Assembly (NCBI GenBank): GCA_951406725.2
Contig: OX597825.1
Location: 71,424,001 to 71,488,000, forward strand
DNA from: Octopus vulgaris
Taxonomy: Eukaryota
Direction of reading: 5' to 3'
Length of the DNA: 64,000 nt
This document shows, piece by piece, positions 39,587 through 51,180 of this stretch (position 1 is its first letter; each line of letters starts with the position of its first letter). The translations under genes and the position numbers were made by a program. The notes beneath the pieces were generated by a model. It was not told where the DNA came from, made no database searches, and saw only the letters and a list, made by a program, of their open reading frames with translations.

Positions 39587-40500
39587 GGCGCAGGAGTGTC
39601 TGTGTGGTAAGTAGCTTGCTAACCAACCACATGGTTCCGGGTTCAGTCCCACTGCGTGGCATCTTGGGCAAGTGTCTTCTACTATAGCCCCAAGCTGACC
39701 AATGCCTTGTGAGTGGATTTAGTAGACGGAAACTGAAAGAAGCCTGTCGTCATCATCATCATCATCATCATTTAGCGTCCGTTCTCCATGCTAGCATGGG
39801 TTGGACGGTTCAACTGGGGTCTGTGAAGCTGGAAGGCTTCATCAGGCCCAGTCAGATCTGGCAGTGTTTCTACGGCTGGATGCCCTTCCTAACGCCAACC
39901 ACTCCGTGAGTGTAGTGGGTGCTTTTTACGTGCCACCTGCACAGGTGCCAGACAGAGCTGGCAAACGGCCACGAACGGATGGTGCTTTTATGTGTCACCG
40001 GCACGGGGCCAGGCGAGGCTGGCAACGGACACGAACGGATGGTGCTTTTACGTGCCACCAACACGGGGGCCAGACAGAGCTGGCAAACGGCCACGAAACG
40101 TATGATGCTTTTACGTGTCACCAGCACGGGGGCCAGGCGAGGCTGGCAACGGGCACGAACGGATGGTGCTTTTACATGCCACCGACATGGGGGCCAGACA
40201 GGGCTGGCAAATGGCCACGAACGGATGGTGCTTTTACGTGTCACCGGCACGGGGGCCAGGCGAGGCTGGCAACGGACATATATGTATATATATATATGTA
40301 TGTGTGTCTGTGTTTGTCCCCCCAGCATTGCTTGACAACCGATGCTGGTGTGTTTGCGTCCCCGTCACTTAGCGGTTCGGCAAAAGGGACCGATAGAATA
40401 AGTACTGGGCTTACAAAGAATAAGTCCCGGGGTCGATTTGCTCGACTAAAGGCAGTGCTCCAGCATGGCCGCAGTCAAATGACTGAAACAAGTAAAAGAG
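39587..40500 (+). mobile_element. SINE family A interrupted by an RTE 3'-end insertion (39751-40277)
   Basis: Head at 39587-39750 and tail at 40290-40500 flank the inserted element. Confidence 0.8.
39751..40277 (-). mobile_element. RTE 3'-UTR fragment with an expanded ~60-bp internal tandem array
   Basis: Matches the 3' end of the RTE at 25000-25200; (CAT)n tail on the + strand; about six repeats of gctggcaa(a)cggccacgaacggatggtgcttttacgtg. Confidence 0.8.
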
Positions 40501-41643
40501 TTATATGTAAATATTACATACACAGTCTGAACATATACGTGTGTAAGTACATATATAATACTTGTAAAATTTATTGAAATATTTGAATAGTGATACAATT
40601 TTTCATTGCTTTTGCTGGTGTTTGTGTATTAATATAGTCTTGTATAGATAGGATCAGTGTTTGCAATGAATAAAGACTTTCACTTGAGAGGGAAAAGGAA
40701 AGTGATTATGATAGAAGAGGGGGGGGGGAGAAAGAGAGAGTAAGAAAGAGACCACGAGACAGTATGTCTGTGTGGTATATATATATGTTAAAAACGATGT
40801 TGAATATATGAAATTATAAAATGCAACATTTACATTTTTTTTCAACAAGGAAAACTTTTTAGCACCAATGAATAACGGTTTCTTATATTTAGGACAAGGT
40901 CACAGATTCGTAAGAGAGAGAGAGAGAGGTGGGGACTGGTGTGTAGTTAGAAGAACAACCTACAAACCTTACTTGCTATTTAGTTTCATTGAGCCCTGTG
41001 AGATTTCAGAAAAACCTAATCCTAGCTGGATCTGATATCAGAAAGTAGTTGGATAGAATTTAAAAAAAACAAACTATGAAGTATTTAATTTAAAAACCAT
41101 TGTTTCTGCCACCCTTCTAACTTCATACATCTCCTCCTCCTCCTCCTCCTACTACTACTATATTCCTGTTTGTCTGGCTTTCTTTATCTATCTATAATGG
41201 TTTATTTCATAGTTTACAAGGGAAGCCAAATATTTTGGGAGATGGGAACAGTTGATTATATCAGCCCCTGTAATTGACAGCTACTTCATTTTATTGATTT
41301 AGGAACGATGAAAGGCAAAACTGAACTTGGTGAGGTTTGAACTCAAAATTTAAAGGATCATAATTAAATACTACAAAATATTTGGTCTGATGAACTAATG
41401 ATTTTGCCAGTCCACCACCCTTGTAATAATCCTTTTTACTATAGGAAAAAAACCTGAAATTTTGTGGTGAGAAGGCTAGAGAATTACATTGAATGTAGTA
41501 ATTTGACCGGTAATTTATTTTATTGACCCTCTGCCCTGGAAGGAAGAAAGGCAAAATTGACCACAACAGGATTTGAAATCATACTACTACTACTACTACA
41601 ACAACAACAACAACAACTACTACTACTACTACTACTGCTAACC

Positions 41644-41674
<31 letters not shown>

Positions 41675-41676
<2 letters not shown>

Positions 41677-42219
41677 GCCCTGATGCAGTACCAGGCAGTG
41701 GCTCTCATGGCTTTTGAGCTTAACTGATTGGCAGTGTTACCATGTACATTGTTTTGTCTTGGTATAAAAGATGGGCTACAGCAAATATTCTGCTCAATAC
41801 CACAGATTTGCTTGACCTTAACCAGTTGACCATGTCCCTTAGTGGCTGACGATATGTGCATCTTTGATCACGAGCAGAAGTAGTGGGGGAGCATCTTAGC
41901 CATGTGTTGAGAGGGATTCTTTGGGGTTTGAATAATTCAGCTCTGGAAACATGGGTGGTTTGTTCAACATCCTTAAACAATCTTTATTCAGGGACTTTTT
42001 GAGCAGGATGGGTTACTCGACCAGAAGAAAATTCTAACTGGGCCCTACCTGCAAGGTCATGAGCTGTTTGTCTTGAAATGAGAATACCATGTCGCGCACA
42101 TATGGTTGTGATGCATGTGCCTAGTGTACCCTTATCAGACGGGTAGTCATGATGGGTATACTGGGCTTCGTATATTTTACCCCAGTGTCACTTTGATGGC
42201 AAGCACTGCTCTCTCACTC
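41675..42219 (+). mobile_element. Full-length element X between (AAT)n tracts
   Basis: atgccctgatgcagtaccagg...ctctctcactc-(AAT)n. 5'-truncated copies at 18181-18390, 18749-18958, 19909-20118 and 20161-20540 share the same 3' end. Confidence 0.8.
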
Positions 42220-43464
42220 AATAATAATAATAATCATAATAATAATGATAACAAAATTGATTTCAAATTTTGGTACAAAGCCAGTAATTTTGTAGGAATG
42301 GATAAGTCAATTACATTGACCCCAGTGTTCAACTGGTACTTATTCTATGTACCCTGAAAGGATCAAAGGCAAAGTTGAGCCCAGTAGAATTTGTACTCAA
42401 AATGTAAAGACAGACAAAATGCTGTTAAGTATTTTACCCAACATGTTAACGACTCTACTCACCTTAATAATAATAATAATGATGAAGAGACAACTGTACC
42501 TGTGATCATCAGAGCCTTGGGGGTAATGCCAAATGGCACTCTTAAACACTATGGAAACCCAAAAGTATCAGAACTACAAAAAGTTGTTCTTATGGATACT
42601 GTCAACATTCTAAAGAAAACATTGTCAGTTTGAGAATACCAGAGTCTCTTTAAAATCTTTCAGATTTGAAATATCACAAATTTAACAGAATCATGGTCCT
42701 CAGAATTTGATCTCCTGTCCTTATAATATATTCGTGCCAACCATAAATAACATCTACAGTGAAGCATCCAGCTTGCCATTACATGAGGTCTCTGGGTGAG
42801 ACTTGGAATGGATCATATAATACAAAGCAGCAACAGTGTAAATAATAATAACCCTTTCTGTAATAGGTAAAAGGCCTGAGATTTTTGGGGAAGGGGCCAG
42901 TTGATTACATTGATCCCAGTGTTCCTCTGGTACTTATTTCATCGACCCCAAAAGAATGAAAGGCAAGATGAACCTTGGCGTATTTTAAACTCAGAATGTA
43001 AAGGCAGACAAAATGCCGCGAAGCATTTTTGCCTGGTGTGCCAATGATTCCACCAGCTTACTGCCTTAACAATGAAACCCATTACTTCAGTAGTAATCTA
43101 TTGACCCTGGAAGGATGAAAGGTAAATTTGATTTTGGTAGGATTTGAATTCAAACAGTGAAGAACCAGAACACATGCTACATGGCATCTTTTTTCCGACA
43201 CTTTGACCGTTTAGCATTCAGATTACTCTGTCAAATGTAATGCTTCTTTATTCACAATTGTTTTGAATTCATCATGCTTTATCTCAGTTTTGATATTGCA
43301 ATGATGTGATAGTATATTTTTTGAATGACATTGTAGGGTAGGTGTAAGAGGCCAAATGTTGACAGTTTGAACAAAAAACAGGAAGAATATTTGAACCAGA
43401 TATGACTGGATTAAATGCTAAAGGATTAATGAATTTGCCAATCTGTCATGATCCCAATGAAATA

Positions 43465-44029
43465 CTGGGTTGTCTAAAAAGTCCGTGCCAAATTTTAAAG
43501 GAAAGAAAAAGGTCAATAAATACTTGCCATTGCATTTTTAATCAACCAAATATGAACCCTTTTGTTGCACAATGTGTCTCCATCTTTCCTTTAACTTGAA
43601 AAACCCTCTTCCCAGAATTGGGGTGGTTTCATGGCAAAGAATTCATCAAGGTATCTTTTTACGTCATCCAAGTAATTGAAATTTTTACCATTAAGACTAT
43701 TCTGCAGAGACCTGAATAAGTGGGAATCCGAAGGAGCAATATCTGGTGAATATGGAGGGTGGGGTAACACATCCCAGCCGAGCTGCAGCAATTTTTGTCT
43801 GGTTCCCAAAGCATCAAGTGCCGAAAATGAACTTTCTTATCTTCCATTTTAAAGGGTTACAGAATTAATACAGGTTATAGGAACATAAATCTTCTTCCAT
43901 GAAAAGATAGCTTAAACTGTGCTCTAAATGGAGGTGTAGTCAAATCCTATTTTATGGACTCAACCATGTTCTAAAATAAGTCAAAAGGTAAGCTACTATA
44001 AATCGGCACAAACTTTCCGGAAAACCCAA
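43465..44029 (-). mobile_element. Internally deleted mariner transposon
   Basis: ~30-bp imperfect TIRs flanked by TA. Transposase N-terminus MEDKKVHFRH is joined to the C-terminus LGWDVLPHPPYSPDIAPSD (mariner YSPDLAP motif). Confidence 0.9.
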
Positions 44030-44789
44030 TAGTTATTTTCTGGTTTAGGCACAAGACATTTTGGACCAGAAGAATGAAAAGCAAAGTTAATCTCAATGGG
44101 ATTTGAACTCAGAACATAAAGAACCAGAACAGATGCTACAAGGAATTTTTTTTTTTTACCAACACTTTAAAATGCTGCCAATCAGCTGCCTTTCTGCTCA
44201 TTTACCACTTTCCTAATAAAATAATGATTTCTTTTGGCAACCTAGAAGTCTAGTTCTGTAGAGAGAACCAGAGATAAAGAATTCAATATAATCAACAGAA
44301 CTGACCCACATCTAATGTATTGGAAATGTATCTATATTTTTAGTTCAAGTAATTGAATTGGTTTAATCAAGCAAGTTATTTGCAATATAATATTTATTCC
44401 ATTGATCACCATCCAATATATCACACAAGCCTCTCTGTATTTAGCGAAAGTAATCTATTTGATTTTCATATTTGCCTATCTTCACCTATGGTCATAAGTA
44501 TTAGGTAATGATTGAAGTGGTCAAAATGGGATTCCTTTTACAGGTCTCTGGAGTAATGTTACTTGACAGGGCGCATAACTTGGAGATCAAGGAGTTTTCT
44601 CCAGATCAAGCTGTTTCTTCTATGCATTGAGAAGTCATAGCTCTAGTACTATAGATATGTAATTAGAATGTTGGAGGAAAGAATTGTAAAACAGTTTCTT
44701 GGCGGAATTTGAACTCAGAATGTAAGCATGGATAAAATGCCACTAAGCATTTTGCCTGATGTGCTAACGATTCTACCAGCTCAGCGCCT

Positions 44790-44824
<35 letters not shown>

Positions 44825-45065
44825 TGATGATAATCCTTTTTACTATAGGCACAAGATTTGAAATTTGGGGGAGGGGGATAATTGATTACATTGATCCCAG
44901 TGCTCTACTGGTACTTATTTTACCAACCCCAAAAGGATGAAAAGCTAAATCAACCTTGGTGGGATTTGAACTCAGACCATGAAGACAGGTGAAATACTGC
45001 TAAGTATTTCACCTGCGGTACTAATGATTTTGCCAGCTCACCACCTTAATAATAATAATAGTAGC

Positions 45066-45434
45066 AACAAGAGCATTCTGAGAGTGCAAACCTCTGCCAA
45101 AGCAACACCAACATCCTCAATGATTAGCCAAAGATGATTTTTAAAATGAGAATATCTTAAATAAATTCAACTGCTCTCACAAATGAGAATACTAAAAATG
45201 AACCTGACTGCTCTCAAAGATTAAGTAAAAAAAACAAACAAAATATAATCCAGAATCCTTGTCTGGTACTAGATCGATCTCAAAATCTAATCAGTTCATT
45301 TCAGTCATGAGACCAAACATCCCTGAAAGTTTCATCTGAATCCATCGAGCAGTACTTGAGATATCTTGTCCACGGACAAACAAACAAAAAAGACTGAAAA
45401 CAATACCTGCACCTTCGCTAAGGCGGAGGTAATA
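45066..45434 (-). mobile_element. Helentron-associated / DINE-1-like non-autonomous element
   Basis: Minus strand starts TTATTACCTCCGCCTTAGCGAAGG (hairpin), followed by a (TTTG)n microsatellite; subterminal inverted repeat acctctgcc / ggcggaggt. Confidence 0.6.
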
Positions 45435-46440
45435 AAGAAGAAAAACAGCAAGAAGACGAAACCTTTGAACTATTATTTATTCACATATTACTTCGCTTTT
45501 GGTCAAGTAAAAAAAAAAAAAAGATTTTTTAAACAAAATAAAGGAATTACCAATGTTTTAAATGTTGCACCTTGTGCAAGTGTCTTTTAATGTAGCCCCA
45601 GGTTCACCACTATGTCTAGTTCTTGTTGTGATGTAGTGGCTGTTGGGCCTCATTGACCCTGAGAGCTATGTCAGCAATGCACAAGCTCCTGGTTGGTTCT
45701 TCCATACTGGACAAGTCAAAAGATAGAGGCCAAACGAATATGGACCACCCCTTTACACAAGTAAAATATGGGTGTGCCAACACCCCTTCTGAGAAAAATG
45801 CCAGGTTATGGAAGTGTCAATAACAATTCAAATCCGACAAGAACCTGGGAGAAGAAGTCTTTCTCTCAGGAGAACAGAAAGTACAGTTAGCTTAGAGGTA
45901 GAACAGTGGAGTAATGTTGCTGATAGCCTATGCTCCATAGAGTGCAAAGGAATTAAGTAATTCAGACCAACCAGGGTTTTATGAGTAAGTTCCAAAGACA
46001 GAAACCGTATAAACTACCTGATGTCTGTGCATGCTCAGGTCTGACTGAATATAGATATTCTGTGCTTCACAGAATGTGAACATTAACAAAATTGAGTGAC
46101 TGACTGTGAAGTTTGTGACATTCTTTTTCAATAAATCATGCTATAGCACTGCACTTTTAAAGATGTGCAAAGAAAGATATTCTACTTGCAAAACAGGTAA
46201 GGATTTTTGACAGGAAGAGGATCTAGCAGGAAAACAGTGCCTCAGTAATATGCAAACATGCAAAAATAGATGTGAAACAAGCAAATGAATATGGAAGCAT
46301 GGAACTAAATCCTGTAAGGCAAGAGCTTAATTGGTTTAGCTAGCATAAGGATCCTAACAATAATTATAGTTTAAAAATTTAGCAAATGGTAAGCACAAAT
46401 TTTGGCCAAAGGTTAAGGTAGAATTTAATCAATATAGATG

Positions 46441-46480
46441 ACTCAGGACATGTTTCAGTCCACTGAGGTCTCATCAGCAA
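46441..46480 (-). ncRNA. Minimal hammerhead motif with intact core and degraded stems
   Basis: Minus strand ttg-CTGATGA-gacctcagtggact-GAA-ACATGT-C-ctgagt. Canonical core, palindromic stem III and GUC triplet; stems I and II are mismatched. Confidence 0.5.
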
Positions 46481-47593
46481 AGATAAGATTCCACATGCTC
46501 AGTGTCATGGGTAACCTCTCTTAACCCGTCTGGATGTAATGATTCATGGCCACTACTGCATACCTGGTGGTTTTAAGGGATATCCCATTTGAACTAGAAT
46601 GCAGGAGAGCTGTGTAGGCATAAGCAAATAGTGCTAGCTTAATAGTACCAGACAATATAGAAATTGAAATTGTTGGTACCGTTCTAAAGCAATATGCTAA
46701 GATTAATTTGAACAAATTGGTTGACTTGTAACATGGCACCTGGAAATGCAAGTCCATGTTATTGGCCCATTTTGTTAGAGCACTGGGTTGATGAGACATT
46801 AAGTTACTTGTGGAGTTTGTTTAAAATCTCATGTTGGATACAAATTGGGATGAGGTCATGAGCAGCAAAGCTGGTCTCACTCACAAATTGGCTGTAACCA
46901 AGAACTGCAAGTTCTGTTAAGACAGAACTGTAGTCCTTTTTTCAGGTGAAGACTAAAACAGTTTGGTTTTTGGAACATTGTCAGGCTCTACCAGCTCTAT
47001 AACAGTCACATAATGCAGTCAGACGAATTTCCACATACGCATTCAATAAAAGAAAATTTAGTGGTGGGGAAAAAGTGACAACATTCTCAGGAAAATTCTT
47101 GCTGACAATATGAATGAACAAGATAATGTGTTCTGGACAACTTTTGGTCCATGAAATATGGAAAACTTCTAGAAATCCCTGACCAGTGTTGTCTTAAGAT
47201 AACCTCTGCAAGTACAGAATTGGCATTAGTCAAGCTTGTCCCAGATGGAAGCAGAGTGATGAAACGTTTTTGCACACACACTTTTAGAGGCTGAGTATTG
47301 CTGACGTGTGATTTTGTCAAATAGCTGTTATTGAACGTAGGTGTAAGATGGATCTGGCTATCAACAAAGTTAACTGTGAAGACTGCTCTACTGCTTTCTG
47401 CTGTCTTGTCTCATGGCTATGGTGAAAGGGGTAAAGATGAAGGAAATACCAAGCACTTTGCCTCGTATGCTAACAATTCTGTCAGCCGACAGAGTTAATA
47501 ATAATAATAATAATAATAATGATGATGATTTTAAATTTTGGTACAAGTTGAGTAATTTATTTCCACTTTTTGATCTTAATTCATCTCATCTAA

Positions 47594-48013
47594 GCGCAGG
47601 AGTGGCTGTGTGGTAAGTAGCTTGCTTACCAACCACATGGTTCCAGGTTCATTCCCAATCCGTGGCACCTTGGGCAAGTATCTTCTACTATAGCCTCAGG
47701 CCGACCAAAGCCTTGTGAGTGGATTTGGTAGATGGAAACTGAAAGAAGGCCATCGTATATATGTAAATATATATATATATATATGTATGTGTGTGTATAT
47801 GTTTGTGTATCTGTGTTTGTCCCTCCAACATCACTTGACAACTGATGCTGGTGTGCTTATGCCCCTGTAACTTAGCGGTTCGGCAAAACAGACCAATAGA
47901 ATAAGTACTAGGCTTCCAAAGAATAAGTCCTGGGGTCGGTTTGCTTGACTAAAAGGCGGTACTCCAGCATGGCTGCAATCAAATGACTGAAACAAGTAAA
48001 AGAGAGTAAAGAG
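47594..48013 (+). mobile_element. SINE family A
   Basis: Full-length copy. Confidence 0.85.
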
Positions 48014-48789
48014 TATTTGATCAGCCAATCTTTGTTCATTGATATCCTTCAGCTCATGATATCGATGACATTTTTGTCAGAGCTATAGTAACCTTTATCT
48101 ATAGCCTTGGTTCTCTGGCTCACATGTAACATAATACTGAAACAACAATTTGTCATTCTCCATTTTAATTTCCTGTGCTGTTAAGGGTCTGCAGATTACA
48201 ACCGAGTCAGTATAGCTGTTCCACAGGACACTTGCCAGATGTGACACCTTAACCAAGAGATTTCCAGTATAGGTGGTGGGGGAAGGAATGGGTGGGTGCA
48301 CTGAATGCAAGCAAGATTCTAACATTAAAGAGAGAGAGAGAGAGGAAGAAAGAAAACAAATCTATCTACAATGACATGCGAGTAACATTCTGATGTTGAT
48401 GATGAAGAGGAAGCAAATGTTTTTGACCTGGGTATGGAAACATCAGTCCAAGTAGTAACAATAAACCAGCACCAGTGCTGACATACAACTACAAAATAAC
48501 AGCTTTTAACATAAAAAATGTTAAACAACATCCAGGGCAAACAAGTTTCCGACATTAATGGTGGGGTGGGTACAGAGAAAACAAAATAGAAGTATATTCA
48601 TTGTTCTGTACAAGTTTCTAGATAGGAGAGAGAGAGAGAAGTGGGGAGGAAGAAAACAGACTAAATCTATCTACAATGACAAGCAAGTAACTTTCTGACA
48701 TTGAGGACGAGGAAACAAATATTTTCAACATGCAGCTAATGTAGTGCATATGGAAGCATTAGCCCAGGTAGTATCGAAAGATCAGTACC

Positions 48790-49206
48790 TATTTCTTTAC
48801 TACCCACAAGGGGCTAAACACAGAGAGAACAAACAAGGACAGACAAACGGATAGAGTCGATTATATCGATCCCAGTGTGTAACTGGTGCTTATTTAATAG
48901 ACCCTGAAAGGATGAAAGGCAAAGTCGACCTCGGCGGAGTTGGAACTCAGAACATAAAGACAGACGAAATACCTATTTCTTTACTACCCACAAGGGGCTA
49001 AACACAGAGAGGACAAACAAGGACAGACAAATGGATTAAGTCGATTATATCGACCCCAGTGTGTAACTGGTGCTTATTTAATCGACCCCGAAAGGATGAA
49101 AGGCAAAGCTGACCTCAGCGGAATTTGAACTCAGAACGTAGCGGCAGACGAAATACCGCTAAGCATTTCGCCCGGCGTGCAAACTTTTCTGCCAGCTTGC
49201 CGCCTT
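48790..49206 (-). mobile_element. Dimeric SINE family B (two bodies, one head)
   Basis: 12-bp TSD aagatcagtacc (48778-48789, 49207-49218); internal junction gaaatacc|tatttct at 48973. Confidence 0.85.
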
Positions 49207-49859
49207 AAGATCAGTACCAAAATGGAAACACAAGAGACTCTACAGAGCTTCGATATGGTGGGAGGAAATATCATCTATAGAAGGTCTTAGACTAGAGTAG
49301 GTAGAAGAAATTAGCATAGAACTAGATACTCTCATCATCATCATTTACCATCCGCTTTCCATGCTAGCATGAGTTGGACGATTTGACTGAGGACTGGCGA
49401 ACCAGATGGCTGCACCAGGCTTCAATCTCATCTGGCAGAGGTTCTACAGCTGGATGTCCTTCCTAATGCCAACCACTCCGAGAGTGTAGTGGGTGCTTTT
49501 ACGTGCCACTGGCACGAGGGCCCATCTGGTGGTACTGGCAACAGGTGTTTTTTATGTGCCACCTGCACAGGAGTCAGTCCAGTGACACTGGCAACGACCT
49601 CACTCGAATGTTTTGTGCCACTGGCACAAGTGCCAGTAAGGCGACGATGGTAATGATCACGCTCAAATGGTGCTTTTTCCATGCCACCGGCACAGAAGCC
49701 AGTTAGCTGCTCTAGCAGTGATCCCGCTCGGATGGAGCTGTTAGCGCTCCACTGGCACGGGAGCCAGTCATCGAATTTGGTTCAATTTTGATTTCACTTG
49801 CCCCAACAAGTCTTCACAAGCAGGGATTAGTGTCCAATGAAGGAAGGTTGGCATGGGTG

Positions 49860-51180
49860 CTAGAGAATTCTGGAAGTGATGTTCTTTGAGGAACGGAAGA
49901 TCACTATCATTGAAGTTATGTAATATAGCAAAGCTAAGATTAGAACTCAGAAAAGTGATTGAAGTTGTCATGAGAATTCCAATGAAAGACATCACAGATT
50001 TAAATTCTTTGGTGTATGCCACTGCTTATGTCATCAAAGAGATGATAGGAATGTTTAGAAAGAAGGAGAAGAGAGAAGCAAAGATCAGTTCTGGAAAAGT
50101 AGAAAAGAAGGAAGTATAAATACATAATGAAAGGATTTATGTAAGGTTGAGCTGTAAAGGAAGGAAATATGAGGCTCAATGAAAGTGAACAGAACTAGAT
50201 GAATACAAAATACCAAGTGGTGGACAATGGCACTTTGTCTTGGATATGATACGACAAAAGATCAAAGCAAGTGGAGTTAAGATCAAAAGATACAAGGAAA
50301 GAGGCCTACAGCTCAAACAAAATGAACTGCTTAGAATGAATCAGAAACTGTTGTATGAAACTCTGGATGGAAGAGGCAGAGTAATCCAAACCCATAGAAG
50401 AAACTTTGTTTTGCAGCAACATCTGGTCAGAGGATGTCAAACACAGCAACAGAGCACCCTGGCTTCATGAAGTGGAAGAAGAATTAAGTAATGCAGTCAT
50501 ACAAAAGGACATTACTATCACACTGGAAGATATACAAGGAGTTGGTAAAATGTAAAAAGGCACCTGACCTGGACCTAGTTCAGGGGTTTGGGTTCAGGGG
50601 ATTGATGGATTTACTTCCTAAGCTATAGAAGCTCCCACAAGGCTGTGTACACCAAGGAATTGTACTAGAATAGGAAGATCAGTGTTGATCCAGAAGGATC
50701 TAGCCATGGATGTTGTGACCAGTAACTATTGTCTGATTGTTTGTTTACCTATGATGTGGAAGCTTTTAACTGGAATTATAGGGGAAAATTGTATGACCAC
50801 CTTGAAAGAAATGAAGTGCTAGCAAATAAACAGGGAGACTACTGGAAGGGATCACGAAGAACAAAGAATCAGGCAATTTTGAGGAACTACTGGAGAAGGT
50901 TGACAAGCTTATCAATGGTCTGGATTGACTATAAGAAGGCATACAATATGGTCATCACTCATAGATTCTGAAATGTCTGGAGGTTGTTGAGGCAGCTAAA
51001 GATACGATATACCTAATAAAAATAGTATGAGGAACTAGAAGATGGTTTTGACAGTAGGTGGAAGGGAAATTGGACAAGTCATCATCATGAAGGGAATTTT
51101 TCAAGGAGACTCCCAGTCACCCTTGTTGTTTATTTTTAATACATTACCACTCTCCTATTGTGTTCAATGTATTTGGGACC
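49860..51180 (+). mobile_element. Highly decayed Dong/R4-type LINE fragment (N-terminal region to mid-RT)
   Basis: DITDLNSLVYATA, LSMVWIDYKKAYNMV and KGIFQGDS motifs with frameshifts. Confidence 0.75.

Noticed and set aside
39920-40277. Regularly spaced repeats superficially like a CRISPR array
   Set aside because: The spacers are themselves repeated, the context is a eukaryotic retrotransposon UTR, and there are no cas genes.
39801-40577. 258-aa ORF, the longest in the window
   Set aside because: Runs antisense through the RTE 3'-UTR tandem repeat and into a SINE; no protein-like features.
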